Source: Spirochaetia bacterium (GTDB taxonomy: Bacteria > Spirochaetota > Spirochaetia > DSM-2461). From it: a stretch of 64,000 nt of DNA. This document shows, one piece after another, positions 39,525-54,416 of the stretch; the first letter of the stretch is position 1; each line of letters opens with the position of its first letter. Under the pieces are notes generated by a model. The model ran no database searches. It was not told the origin of the DNA and worked only from the letters and a program-made list of their open reading frames with translations. A program made the translations under genes and the position numbers. Location: contig OY764216.1 of NCBI GenBank assembly GCA_963668315.1, forward strand, positions 1,888,001 to 1,952,000, given 5' to 3'.

Positions 39525-41327
39525 TTAACCGATTTCAGCCAGAACCTGACCGGCCTTGACCTGGTCACCCTGGTTGACGTTAATCGATTTGACAACACCG
39601 GAGCAGGAAGCCTTAACGGGCTGCTCCATCTTCATGGCCTCGAGAATGATGATTTCATCGCCCTCTTCAACGGCATCGCCTTCGGCTACGGGCAGTCTGA
39701 GTACCAGACCGGGCATGGGAGCCTTGACGGGCTTGCCTTCGCCGCCGGCGGAGGAAGCGGAAGAGGCGCTTTCGTCGATACCTTCGGTAACGTCGATGTC
39801 GTAGGTCTTGCCGTTGACGACAGCCTTGCTGCCTTCAATCTTGACGCCGTACTTCTTGCCGTTAACGGAAACGGTGTAACCGCCCTCGGCTTCGCCTTCA
39901 GAAGCGGCGGCGCTCTTGGCACCCTTTCTTACGCCGTTAACCTTGGCTTCGCCCTTGAGGAACATGATTCCCTTGTCCAGACAGGCGGCGGCGATGAAAA
40001 TGTTCTCGTCGGACATATCGGTAATCCCATTGTCCTTGAGCATTTTCTTGGCCGCTTCAATACCCAGATCGGGATTTCTGTCATTAATATCAACAACCAG
40101 CTCTGTGGTGGGCTCGAGACCCATCTTCTCCTGGCAGAGTTTTTTGATTTCCGGATCGGGCTCAACGGGAGTCTTGCCGAAGTAACCGAGAACCATTTTT
40201 CCGTAACCGTCGGCGATCTTTTCCCAGGGTCCGAACATGACGTTGTTGAAAGCCTGCTGGAAGTAGAACTGGGAAACGGGAGTAACGGAAGTACCGTAAC
40301 CGCCCTTCATGACAACTTCGCCCATGGCTTTGGTGATCTCATGATACTTGTCCATCAGACCGTTGTCTCTCAGCATCTGGGTATTGGCCGTCAGAGCTCC
40401 GCCGGGGAGGGGAGAGAAGGGGATGATGGGGTTGACCTGAGTGGCTTCGGGGGGCAGCATGTAATCGGCCATGCACTCCTTGAAAACCTCTTCGGCCTCC
40501 ATGACCTTGTCGGGATCGATTCCCAGATCGTAGTCGGTGCCTCTCAGGGCGTGCCACATGGTCATGATATCGGGCTGACAGGTACCGCCGGAAGCGGGAA
40601 CCATGGAAAGGTCAACCTGGGTGGCGCCCGCTTCGATGGCGGACATGTACTGCTGGATGGAAACACCGGCGGTCTCATGGCTGTGGAAAACGATATTCAT
40701 ATCGGGACCGAGAAGTTTTCTGGCCCTTTTGATGGTTTCGTATACGACGGCGGGGGTGGAAGTCCCGGAGGCGTCTTTGAAACAGACGGAGTCATAGGGG
40801 ATGCCTGCGTCGAGGATCTTTTTCAGAACCCCTTCGTAGAAATCGGGATCATGGGCGCCGGAGGCACCGGGAGGAAGGGCCATCATGGTAACGACGACTT
40901 CGTGCTTGAGGCCGGCGTCGTGGATGCACTGACCGGAGTAGATCAGGTTGTTGACGTCGTTCAGGGCGTCAAAGTTTCTGATAGTGGTCATACCGTGTTT
41001 TTTGAACATTTTGGCGTGAAGATCGATGATGTCCCTGGACTGGGAGGAAAGGCCTACCACGTTAACGCCTCTGGCGAGGGTCTGCAGGTTGGCATCGGGA
41101 CCGGCGGCCTTTCTGAAGTCGTCCATCATATCGAAGGCGCTCTGGTTGCAGTAGAAAATGGGAGCCTGGAAACGGGCACCGCCGCCGGCTTCGAAGTGAT
41201 TGATTCCTGCCTTGGCGGCCGCTTCAACGGCGGGCATGAAATCCTCGGTTAATACTCTGGCTCCGTAAACGGACTGGAATCCGTCGCGGAAAGCGGTACA
41301 CATAAAATTGATTTTCTTCTTGCTCAT
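39525..41327 (-). CDS. oadA: Oxaloacetate decarboxylase alpha subunit (carboxyltransferase + biotin carrier)
   Basis: RDGFQS, FDALND, HSHET, PGG, VTP.SQ; C-terminal EAMKME biotinylation motif; start set at MSKKK. Confidence 0.9.
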   Translation of the reverse strand: MSKKKINFMCTAFRDGFQSVYGARVLTEDFMPAVEAAAKAGINHFEAGGGARFQAPIFYCNQSAFDMMDDFRKAAGPDANLQTLARGVNVVGLSSQSRDIIDLHAKMFKKHGMTTIRNFDALNDVNNLIYSGQCIHDAGLKHEVVVTMMALPPGASGAHDPDFYEGVLKKILDAGIPYDSVCFKDASGTSTPAVVYETIKRARKLLGPDMNIVFHSHETAGVSIQQYMSAIEAGATQVDLSMVPASGGTCQPDIMTMWHALRGTDYDLGIDPDKVMEAEEVFKECMADYMLPPEATQVNPIIPFSPLPGGALTANTQMLRDNGLMDKYHEITKAMGEVVMKGGYGTSVTPVSQFYFQQAFNNVMFGPWEKIADGYGKMVLGYFGKTPVEPDPEIKKLCQEKMGLEPTTELVVDINDRNPDLGIEAAKKMLKDNGITDMSDENIFIAAACLDKGIMFLKGEAKVNGVRKGAKSAAASEGEAEGGYTVSVNGKKYGVKIEGSKAVVNGKTYDIDVTEGIDESASSASSAGGEGKPVKAPMPGLVLRLPVAEGDAVEEGDEIIILEAMKMEQPVKASCSGVVKSINVNQGDQVKAGQVLAEIG

Positions 41328-41337
41328 AATTCCCTCT

Positions 41338-41553
41338 TTAAGATTTTGTAAAAGCCTTGACGGCTGCAATGGCTACAGCAACGTCTGCATCAGCGCTTCC
41401 TGCGGTTCTTCTTACCGGTGTCTCAGGCTCTTCCGCTTCGGGGAAGAACTTTACGATTATCGCAGACATAAGTCTGGAAAAGACAACGAGAAGAGCCAGG
41501 AAACAGAACACGACCAACATTCCCACAACGGTAATGGTCAATCCAACTCCCAT
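41338..41553 (-). CDS. oadG: Oxaloacetate decarboxylase gamma subunit
   Basis: GM.VVF.FL..LV single TM and VAVAIAAV tail; first gene of oad operon. Confidence 0.85.
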   Translation of the reverse strand: MGVGLTITVVGMLVVFCFLALLVVFSRLMSAIIVKFFPEAEEPETPVRRTAGSADADVAVAIAAVKAFTKS

Positions 41554-41682
41554 ATGTCACTCCTGTAATGTATTGGTTCATTAAGCAGAAATTCTTGCCT
41601 CTCTGGGGTAAATAAGCGTAAAATCCAGTTGTAACCTATTCTAACTCAGCTGAGGAGAATCCCGATCATGCACCATAATAGG

Positions 41683-41720
41683 AAAAAACCGGCCCCGTTA
41701 CAAGGGCCGGTTTCGTTTTT
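41683..41720 (-). terminator. Terminator after M16 peptidase (possibly bidirectional)
   Basis: AAACCGGCCC-N8-GGGCCGGTTT flanked by A and T runs. Confidence 0.8.
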
Positions 41721-41767
41721 CAGGATAATTTTTTACCCATTTTAGCGGGGGTGAAGAAAAAAAACAT

Positions 41768-44539
41768 TCATTCTTCGGGCTTGAGGATCACCTGCTGTAT
41801 TCTCTCCGTATCCAGATATTTTACAGCCGTATTTCTTAAGCTGTCCGCCGTGACGGAACGGGCCAGTTCCTCTCCCTCCAGAAGGTAGCGGGGATCCAGG
41901 TCCCGGCTTATCAGAAAGCTCAGGTTGTAAAGGTACCATCCGTTGCTGCGGAGATTCTCCTCGTAGCCCCTCAGGCGGGCCTCCGACACATTGCGGGCAT
42001 AAGTTTCCAGGGCGGTGCCGTTCCGGAAACCGTCCATCTCCGTTTTGACCAGGTCCACCAGTTCATCGGCTCTGTCCGGATCGCAGGAAAACTGTACCGC
42101 AAGGCTGTATTCCCCCGCCGGGATCATATGGGACCGGGCCGATACGGAGACCGAATAGGCCCCGCCGTACTCTTCCCGTACCTTCTCCAGCAGTCTGTCC
42201 TGGAGGCCGTCCCCCAGGGCCGAAAGAGCATAGGCCTCCTCATAGGACCAGTCCATGTGCCCGCTGATGATCAGCGTGACATATCCCTGCTCTCCTATGC
42301 CCGACTCTACGGTCCGTTCCATGCGGCTCTCGTTGTACCGGAGACCCCGGTCTTCCCACTGCTCCGATCCGTCCACGGAAATAAGGGACGCCGCGTAAAG
42401 GGAGAGAAGCCTCTCCATCTCGGCCAGATCCAGATTTCCCACAAAATAGAGGGAAAAGTCGTCCCCGTCGAAGAAACGCTGGCGGAAAATCCCGAAGGCC
42501 CTTTCGTAATCCATCTCGTTCAGGGTTTCGAAGGTCAGCGGCCGGGATCGGGGATGTCCCATGAACACCGTTTCGTTGAGAACCCGGCTGTACTGCTCCA
42601 TGGGGTCCTTCTCCTGCTGCTCCAGATAATCGGCCAGTCTCTCCCGGTAGGCATTCCAGCCCTCGGGCCTGTAGAGTGGTTCCGTAAAGTACAAATTCAT
42701 GAGCTGCATCAGGTATTCCAGATCATCGGGCGTGGCAAAGCCGCTTAAATTTTCCCAGTAATCCCCGATGGAAGGGGAGAGGGACACGTTCTTCGACGAA
42801 AGAAACTGCTCCAGCTCCACCGAAGTCATAAGGCCCAGTCCCGATTCGGTCACGGCGGTGGAGGCCAGAGCTGCCGAAATGACATCGCTGTCGGGCACCA
42901 GGGACGCCCCGCCGGGACTCACGGCCTTGAAAAGAATCTCGTTATCCTTGAAGTCCGTCTGCTTGAGATAGACTTTCATGCCGTTGGACAAGGTCCAGGT
43001 ATGAAGGTCCAGATCCTCGCTGTACTCTTTATTAATGACGGAACCCGGTTCGGGAAGACGGTCCATCAGCGTGGCGAACACCCGGCCGTCCTCGTAGGGA
43101 GCCAGTTCCGATTCTTCGACTTCGATCATAACCTGCCGTATCTGATCTTCCCCGGGGGCGGTGGGGCCCATGAAGGAGATGACCCTGTTCCTGTCGGTGA
43201 ACCAGGGATCCCCCGTTTTCCGGATCTCCCCAGTTGTCACATGGCTCAGAAGCTCCTCCAGCTTCTCCTTTTCCCAGGTAAGAGTGGTAATGCTGTCCCC
43301 CGTGTTGAGGGAGGAGAGGATAACCGAAGCCCAGGTGGCCGATGAAAGCTTCTCCTTGATCATGTAATCGTAACCCGAAAGCATCTGCTCCCCGGCCCGG
43401 TTCAGCTCGGCCCCGGTGAAACCGTAACGCCTGACCCGCTCCACCTCGGTCCAGAATACCCTGAATCCCCGCTGAAGTTCCCCCGGATTCGTCATCACGC
43501 CCCACTGGAATAGATGCTTATCCCGGGCGGTGCCGTTGCTGCCGGCGTAACCGTTTATAAAAGGGGGCGTTCCCTGGCCCATCAGCTCGGAGATCCTGTT
43601 GTTGAACATAATCGAGAAAAGCTGTTCCTTGAAATACCTTTCCCAGCCCTCGGGAGAATCGGTGATGACCGGCGGATATTTATTGATGATTTCCAGAGAG
43701 GAAACGGTCGCCTCCTCGTCGCTTTGCATACTGAATAGGGGGCCTTCATGGTCGGGCACGGGATAATCAGCCCGGACGGGCCCATCCACGCGGTTCTCAT
43801 AGGGCGAAAAGTATTCGGCTATAAGGCCGGCCGTTTCCTCCCTGTCCACATCCCCCGCGACGACAACGCTCATAAGTTCCGGTCTGTACCAGTCGGAATA
43901 GAATTTCTCCAGATCCGCCGCCGTGGCGTTTTTAATCACGCTCTCCAGGCCGATGGGGAGCCTTTCCCCGTAACGGGAACCGGAATAAATGAGGGGGAAG
44001 CTCTTCTCGACCATCCGCCCCGTGGCATCCAGGCCCATCCGCCTCTCTTCCAAAATGACGGCCTTCTCCTTTTCCACTTCCTCATCGGTCAGCATGATAT
44101 GGAACGCCCATTGGCTGAGCACGGCCAGACCCTGCTCCAGCTCCCCCGGGGTAGAGGTGTCCACCGTCAGTTTATAAACCGTTTCGTTAAAGGAGGTGGA
44201 CGCGTTTATCTCCGGGCCGAACTCCATCCCCAGGGACTGCAGGTAATCCACCAGCTCGTTATGGGGATAGGCCTCGGTGCCGTTAAAAGCCATATGCTCC
44301 AGAAAATGGGCCAGCCCCCGCTGATTCTCCTCTTCCAGAATCGATCCGGCATCAACCACAAGACGAAGTTCCGCCCGGTTTTCCGGCAGGTCGTTTGTTC
44401 TGATAAACCAGGATAATCCGTTATCCAGAGAGCCGGTAGACAGCTCCGGATCGGCGGGCATCACCTCATCGGGCGTGGCCAGGGCCGGCAGGAGGAAAGA
44501 AACACCCCACAGAAGGGGCAGGATGAAATATCTTTTCAT
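41768..44539 (-). CDS. Exported M16 family zinc metallopeptidase (PqqL-like)
   Basis: Signal peptide; L.NGL, GLAHFLEHMAFNGT (HxxEH), WYRP..M, second L.NG repeat. Confidence 0.92.
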   Translation of the reverse strand: MKRYFILPLLWGVSFLLPALATPDEVMPADPELSTGSLDNGLSWFIRTNDLPENRAELRLVVDAGSILEEENQRGLAHFLEHMAFNGTEAYPHNELVDYLQSLGMEFGPEINASTSFNETVYKLTVDTSTPGELEQGLAVLSQWAFHIMLTDEEVEKEKAVILEERRMGLDATGRMVEKSFPLIYSGSRYGERLPIGLESVIKNATAADLEKFYSDWYRPELMSVVVAGDVDREETAGLIAEYFSPYENRVDGPVRADYPVPDHEGPLFSMQSDEEATVSSLEIINKYPPVITDSPEGWERYFKEQLFSIMFNNRISELMGQGTPPFINGYAGSNGTARDKHLFQWGVMTNPGELQRGFRVFWTEVERVRRYGFTGAELNRAGEQMLSGYDYMIKEKLSSATWASVILSSLNTGDSITTLTWEKEKLEELLSHVTTGEIRKTGDPWFTDRNRVISFMGPTAPGEDQIRQVMIEVEESELAPYEDGRVFATLMDRLPEPGSVINKEYSEDLDLHTWTLSNGMKVYLKQTDFKDNEILFKAVSPGGASLVPDSDVISAALASTAVTESGLGLMTSVELEQFLSSKNVSLSPSIGDYWENLSGFATPDDLEYLMQLMNLYFTEPLYRPEGWNAYRERLADYLEQQEKDPMEQYSRVLNETVFMGHPRSRPLTFETLNEMDYERAFGIFRQRFFDGDDFSLYFVGNLDLAEMERLLSLYAASLISVDGSEQWEDRGLRYNESRMERTVESGIGEQGYVTLIISGHMDWSYEEAYALSALGDGLQDRLLEKVREEYGGAYSVSVSARSHMIPAGEYSLAVQFSCDPDRADELVDLVKTEMDGFRNGTALETYARNVSEARLRGYEENLRSNGWYLYNLSFLISRDLDPRYLLEGEELARSVTADSLRNTAVKYLDTERIQQVILKPEE

Positions 44540-44544
44540 ATGAA

Positions 44545-45039
44545 TTACCGGTTATCGATATCCAGGGCGTCCCAGGGGTAGCAGATCCACTCGTCCCCCA
44601 GTTCCTCACCGCAGAAATAGTGATCCACCAGCTTGGGCAGTTCGGCTTTCTTGGGCTTATCCTTCCTGTGAAGAACGGCCAGCCCGATTTCCGCGGGATT
44701 ATACCTTGCCAGCTGTTCCGCGCAGAAAGCAATCGTTGTTCCCGAATCGTCCACCTCGTCCACGATCAGAACCCTCCGGTTTTCCACCAGCTCCTCCGGC
44801 TTGTCCAGCCACTGGGTAATCTGGGGCCCCTTCTCGCCGGTCTGCTTTCCTTCATAAAGGGCAATGCTCACCGTATAAATGGGAATCTCGAGAAACGTTC
44901 TGAGAATCCGCGCGGGAATAAACCCGCCACCGCCGATGGCAATCATAATTTCCGGCTTGAGATGACTTCCCTTGATCTTGTCGGAAAGTGCCTTAACTGT
45001 CCTGTGAATATCATTATAAGAATAAAACCGTTTTTCCAT
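44545..45039 (-). CDS. Purine phosphoribosyltransferase (xanthine/hypoxanthine PRT-like)
   Basis: AIGGGGFIPAR, VLIVDEVDDSGTT, WICYPWD; start set at MEKRFYSY. Confidence 0.88.
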   Translation of the reverse strand: MEKRFYSYNDIHRTVKALSDKIKGSHLKPEIMIAIGGGGFIPARILRTFLEIPIYTVSIALYEGKQTGEKGPQITQWLDKPEELVENRRVLIVDEVDDSGTTIAFCAEQLARYNPAEIGLAVLHRKDKPKKAELPKLVDHYFCGEELGDEWICYPWDALDIDNR

Positions 45040-45156
45040 GAAACCATTATAGTCAGTTTTACTCCCGCTGGCCATAGGTTCCGAGGGCAAAAAACAAGCC
45101 TGATTACTCCCTTTATAAGAAGCCGGGCGGCCCCTCCGCTCCTCCGTCGCTCCGGT

Positions 45157-45234
45157 CGGGCTGTCCGGGGCTCCGCTTCCGCTCCGGCCGGCTTCGCCGT
45201 CAGCCTCCGGCTCCCCTCCCATCCCTCCCGCGTA
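45157..45234 (-). repeat. GC-rich multi-hairpin dispersed element, copy B
   Basis: Aligns with copy A at 21514-21594. Confidence 0.7.
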
Positions 45235-45273
45235 AGGCGGACATGGAGCGGCGTTTAGGCGTGACTGGCCGGG

Positions 45274-45404
45274 TTATATTGAAAACGATCTAATAACGGC
45301 GAGGAGGGTCTTATATTGAAAGCGAGCTAATAACGCCAAAGAGGCCGTTATATTGAAAGCAATCTAATAACGCCAAAGAAGCCGTTATATTGAAAACAAT
45401 CTAA
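45274..45404. repeat. 37-bp tandem repeat, about 3.5 copies
   Basis: Units start at 45274, 45311, 45348, 45385; consensus TTATATTGAAARCRAKCTAATAACGSCRARGARGSYS. Confidence 0.92.
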
Positions 45405-45673
45405 CCACATAAAGCGTATGTCAGCAGAAAGACGACCTGCCCCCTCAGCTCCCGAGCAAGAAAAGCGCAGCTCCCGCTGACAAGAGAAAGACCGGGAGCT
45501 CATCCCCAATTTCTTCATTTTCCTTAGCGCTTTTCATGACTTTCGCGGTCAACCTCTTCTCCAGGTCCCGCTCCCCATCAATCCCCTTTTGCTCTTAAAT
45601 ACCCCTTCTCACTGGTCATAACGCCCCAGAACTGGTCATCTTTCAATTTTTCAAAGTTTTTTCAGAATTACTG

Positions 45674-45702
45674 TTGACAGTTTTCTGCTGAACCTGTATA
45701 TT
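45674..45702 (+). promoter_or_regulatory. rrn P1 sigma70 promoter
   Basis: TTGACA-17-TATATT with upstream A/T tracts. Confidence 0.8.
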
Positions 45703-45824
45703 CCTCCTCACGCTCTGACGGGGTGAACGAAACGCACCGCACAGAGCCGAGGATAAAGGCCGAAAAGCCTGGAACCCTGAGCCGATCGGCCTGAAAAACT
45801 TTTTCAAAAAGTTTTGAAAGCCGG

Positions 45825-45853
45825 TTGACAAAAAAAGCGGGTTGTAGTAAATT
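45825..45853 (+). promoter_or_regulatory. rrn P2 sigma70 promoter
   Basis: TTGACA-17-TAAATT with upstream A/T tracts. Confidence 0.75.
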
Positions 45854-45923
45854 ACTGCTCGCGCCACTGAGGAAGTCCAGAAGCACTGCGGTGCGGCACG
45901 GTACTTTGCGAGGTAAGGCAACT

Positions 45924-45936
45924 TGTTCTTAGAAAA
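45924..45936 (+). promoter_or_regulatory. boxA-like antitermination site (second copy near 47943-47953)
   Basis: TGTTCTTAGAAAA in leader; TGATCTTTAAA in ITS. Confidence 0.55.
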
Positions 45937-46164
45937 AGATTTAGAGAAGGGAAGTTTGAATAACGGGAACTTGAGTATTGTTTAATTTGAATAGCAATGT
46001 TTTTTAAATAGTTTCTGTCAATTCCAAGACCATTTATTAATATAATGGCGAACAAAGTCAGCAAGACGAGAAATTGTTTTGATGTTTTGTTTTGAGAAGC
46101 AACTATTCCTAGTTGTGGATCTACTTAACTATTGATTAGTAACTGTCTTCGGACAGTTAATTAT

Positions 46165-47707
<1,543 letters not shown>

Positions 47708-47830
47708 CGAGAAAGGTACAGAATCTTAATTGATTCGAAAGTCCCAGTGATTTGTACACACTGGGCATGACAGAAACAGCACAAGTTCCCGTTGTTCAAG
47801 CTTCTCTTAATCTTAAAAGAAGCGCTATAA

Positions 47831-47904
<74 letters not shown>

Positions 47905-48086
47905 TGCTTGGAAACTGTTTTGTAAAAGGCAGTTTCATTTTTTGATCTTTAAATAAACATTCTGATATATGCAGGATGATAGATACCAAGTTTTTCGGTT
48001 ACTAATCCGTGTGGGTTATACCGGTAAGCGTACAGTTTCAATACTTGTAGGTATCGCGATGATAGAGAAGGGATAAAGGATAATAT

Positions 48087-50999
<2,913 letters not shown>

Positions 51000-51160
51000 T
51001 ATTATTCTTTATCCCTGATGGAAGCTGTAACTTCCCTTTTGAGTTCTGCTCAAATGAGAAATTAGAGTTAAGTTTTTTCAGATGATGTTTGTCTGGGAAG
51101 CTCTATCAGAAATAGTACGGATCGGCTTAGGTCGTTCGTACGCCATAACAATGTTAATTT

Positions 51161-51273
51161 GTCTGGTGATTATAGCGTTGAGGTTATACCTGTTCCCATA
51201 CCGAACACAGAAGTCAAGCTCAATTGCGCCGATGGTACTGCGGTTCCCGTGGGAGAGTAGGTCGTCGCCAGGC
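51161..51273 (+). rRNA. rrf: 5S ribosomal RNA
   Basis: CCCATACCGAACACAGAAGTCAAG, GCCGATGGTACT, GAGAGTAGGTCGTCGCCAGG; followed by a T-run. Confidence 0.97.
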
Positions 51274-51565
51274 TTTTTTTTTGTTATAACGGTTTTACTG
51301 TCCATGGATGTTCCCTTGAAAGGGAGCGATGACCCTTGGGCAAGGTATTGCGGAAGCGCCGCAAAACCGCGTGAAGTGAGCCTACGAACGAGAACTTTGT
51401 ACATAAACGTATCTGTTCAGATCATAATCCATTCTCCGTCCTTTTAAGAAATCCTTAGAAAAACTTCCCGAAAAACCGACAAAGGTGAATCTTTTCAAAA
51501 TTGTCTTCCCGATGATATAATATGTCCTATAATATAAAGATGTTTAACACAGGAGAATATCCGTC

Positions 51566-53833
51566 ATGAAAAATGTAGATACAACAAAAGAGCTTGTACA
51601 GGGGACATATAAGTTATCATCCGATAATCTCAAGATCATCAGAAAAAGGGTGAACCGTCCTTTGACACTGGCGGAAAAAATTCTCTTCTGCCATCTTTCC
51701 GACCCGGAAAATCAGGATCTCACAAGGGGGGAGAGTTTTCTTCTGCTCAATCCTGACCGTGTGGCCATGCAGGACGCCACCGCACAAATGGCCATTCTCC
51801 AGTTTATGCTGTCCGGCAGGGATGAATCTGCCGTTCCTGCGACGGTTCATTGCGATCATCTGATCAGGGCTCACGAAGGTAATGATGTCGATCTCGCGTC
51901 GGCCAAGGAAGAGAACAAGGAAATCTATGATTTTCTTTCATCCGCTGCCAGCCGCTATAACATAGGATTCTGGGAACCAGGAGCAGGTATCATCCACCAG
52001 ATTGTTTTGGAAAATTACGCCTTTCCCGGCGGATTGATGATTGGCACGGATTCCCATACTCCCAACGCCGGAGGACTGGCGATGGTTGCCAGTGGAGTAG
52101 GGGGCGCCGATGCTTCCGATGTTATGGCCGGCCTGCCCTGGGAAGTGAAGAACCCCCGTATCATCGGTGTGAAACTGACGGGGAAGTTATCCGGATGGAC
52201 TTCGCCCAAGGATGTTATAATAAAGCTTTTGAGTCTCCTTACGGTTAAGGGGGGAACAAACTGTATCATTGAATATTTCGGTGAAGGCTGCCGATCGATA
52301 AGCTGTACCGGTAAGGGAACAATTACCAATATGGGAGCCGAACTGGGCGCTACCTGTTCCCTGTTTCCCTATGATGAGAAAATGAATGCCTATCTGGATA
52401 AGACCGGAAGGCAGGAACTGGCCCGGCTGGCCGACGGTAATTCTGATTTGCTGACCGCCGATGAAGACGTTCTGTCGAATCCGGAAAGTTATTATGATAA
52501 GGTGATAGAGATTGATCTCTCCTCACTGGAACCCCAGATAGCCGGCCCCCATTCTCCCGACGCGGTAACATCCCTTTCCGAAATGAAGGAGAGAGCCGAA
52601 TTGGAAAACTGGCCCGTCAATTTGACCGCGGCGCTTATCGGCAGCTGTACGAATTCTTCCTATGAGGATATTGATAGATCGGCTTCCCTTATGAAGGAAG
52701 CAATGAAGCAGGGTATCAAGCCAGCCCTTCCGCTGATGATCTCACCCGGTTCACTGCTGGTTAAGGATACTTTGATCAGAGACGGCCAGCTATCTGTTCT
52801 TGAAGAGGGAGGTGCCGTCATCCTTTCCAATTCCTGCGGTCCCTGCATTGGCCAGTGGCAGCGGGATGATGTGGAAAAGGGTGTCAGGAACAGTCTGGTC
52901 AACAGTTTCAATAGAAATTTCAGAGCCCGAAATGACGGAAATCCCGAAACGCTCTCTTTTATCGCCAGCCCGGAGATGGTTACCGCCATGGGAATCAGCG
53001 GCCGATTGGATTTTAATCCCCTGACAGATAAACTGGTCAATGCTCAGGGCGAGGAAGTCCTTCTGCCCCTTCCCGTGGGAGATGAGCTTCCTCAAAGGGA
53101 ATTTCTCAGTCTGGGAAAGGGGTATAATGAACCGAAAGGGGCATCGGTCAAAGTATGGGTTAACGAAACGTCCGACCGCTTGCAGATTCTTACTCCCTTC
53201 GAAGCCTGGGACGGGAAGGACATGGCCGATATGCCGATTCTATGCAAAGCAAGGGGAAAATGCACCACCGACCATATCAGTCCCGCCGGTGTATGGCTCC
53301 GTTACAGAGGACATCTTGATAATATTTCCAATAATATGCTTTATGGAGCTGTAAACGCTTTTACCGGAGAGACGGGTAAGGGAACGAATCTTCTGACCGG
53401 TGAACAGGGGCTGCGGTTTTCCCAGATCGCCAGAGATTACAAAGACCGGAAACGAAACTGGATCATCGTTGGTGATGAGAATTACGGAGAGGGCAGCAGC
53501 CGGGAACATGCTGCCATGAGTCCCCGGTTTCTGGGCTGTTCCGTTGTGCTGGTTAAGAGTTTTGCCCGGATACACGAAACGAATCTGAAAAAGCAGGGAA
53601 TCCTTGCCGTCACATTTGCCGATCCGGAGGATTACGGGAAAATCAGAGAGGATGATCTTCTGACTCTCAAGGGATTGGGGGGCTTTACTCCCGGAAAAGC
53701 TCTGGACCTTGTTATAAAACACTCCGACGGTAGCTCTGAGAGCATATCAGTTCAGCATACCTACAACAGGGAACAGATTGCATGGTTTAAGGCGGGATCG
53801 GCTCTGAACGTACTCCGCCGTAATAGGGAATAG
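51566..53833 (+). CDS. Aconitate hydratase (mitochondrial-like type)
   Basis: DRVAMQDATAQMA, VHCDH, GTDSHT, IGSCTNSS, CGPCIGQW, KCTTDHISPAG, GSSREHAA. Confidence 0.95.
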   Translation: MKNVDTTKELVQGTYKLSSDNLKIIRKRVNRPLTLAEKILFCHLSDPENQDLTRGESFLLLNPDRVAMQDATAQMAILQFMLSGRDESAVPATVHCDHLIRAHEGNDVDLASAKEENKEIYDFLSSAASRYNIGFWEPGAGIIHQIVLENYAFPGGLMIGTDSHTPNAGGLAMVASGVGGADASDVMAGLPWEVKNPRIIGVKLTGKLSGWTSPKDVIIKLLSLLTVKGGTNCIIEYFGEGCRSISCTGKGTITNMGAELGATCSLFPYDEKMNAYLDKTGRQELARLADGNSDLLTADEDVLSNPESYYDKVIEIDLSSLEPQIAGPHSPDAVTSLSEMKERAELENWPVNLTAALIGSCTNSSYEDIDRSASLMKEAMKQGIKPALPLMISPGSLLVKDTLIRDGQLSVLEEGGAVILSNSCGPCIGQWQRDDVEKGVRNSLVNSFNRNFRARNDGNPETLSFIASPEMVTAMGISGRLDFNPLTDKLVNAQGEEVLLPLPVGDELPQREFLSLGKGYNEPKGASVKVWVNETSDRLQILTPFEAWDGKDMADMPILCKARGKCTTDHISPAGVWLRYRGHLDNISNNMLYGAVNAFTGETGKGTNLLTGEQGLRFSQIARDYKDRKRNWIIVGDENYGEGSSREHAAMSPRFLGCSVVLVKSFARIHETNLKKQGILAVTFADPEDYGKIREDDLLTLKGLGGFTPGKALDLVIKHSDGSSESISVQHTYNREQIAWFKAGSALNVLRRNRE

Positions 53834-53846
53834 CATAGGGGAATAA

Positions 53847-54410
53847 ATGGGAGATATTGTACTCATCGGAAGTTCTATTTTTGAGCTTTGGTATAATTAC
53901 GATAAGGCTTTTCCCGGGAGAAAAGCCCGTAATCTGGCGATTGGGGGAACAACGACAAGGGATTGGCTGGATGAAACTCTGCGGCCTCTTTTGAGAAAAG
54001 AAAAGCCCGGCGAAATTATTCTCTATGTGGGAAGCAACGATATTCTTGTACATGAAGAAGAGGAAATCAAAAATAATCTTCTGGCTGTCAGGAACTCTAT
54101 TTTCACCTATGATCCCCGAATCGGCTTTGCCTATTTTTCCATTATCAAAGCTCCCGGTAAAAGGGGGCAATGGGACAAAATCGAAAGAATCAACTCCTGG
54201 TTCAGGGACAGTCTGAAAAGGGGTGACTTTTTCTATGATACGGATAGGGTCTTTTTTATTAACGGCCGGCTCCGGGAGGATTATTTCCTGGAGGATTTGA
54301 CCCATCATCCCCCTGAAGCCTATGATGCTCTTGTTGACGATGTCACCGGCCGTTTAACGGACTGGCTTGATCAAAGGGAGTCACAGCGGGACCGGCAAAA
54401 CCCCGTATGA
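53847..54410 (+). CDS. SGNH/GDSL hydrolase
   Basis: IGSSI, N.AIGG, YVGSND, D..H. Confidence 0.82.
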   Translation: MGDIVLIGSSIFELWYNYDKAFPGRKARNLAIGGTTTRDWLDETLRPLLRKEKPGEIILYVGSNDILVHEEEEIKNNLLAVRNSIFTYDPRIGFAYFSIIKAPGKRGQWDKIERINSWFRDSLKRGDFFYDTDRVFFINGRLREDYFLEDLTHHPPEAYDALVDDVTGRLTDWLDQRESQRDRQNPV

Positions 54411-54416
54411 CAGACC

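Noticed and set aside
39504..41252. 582-aa plus-strand ORF (also 8067-9026, 4378-5661, 27388-28947, 22228-23187)
   Set aside because: Antisense shadows of well-supported, codon-biased genes; no recognisable motifs
45040..45222. 61-aa N-terminal extension of the phosphoribosyltransferase ORF
   Set aside because: It translates the GC-rich repeat element; a TATAAT box directly precedes the Met at 45039
45274..45404. CRISPR array (ATTGAAA(A/G) motif, regular spacing)
   Set aside because: Period is only 37 bp, the intervening parts are similar to each other rather than unique spacers, and there are no cas genes in the window
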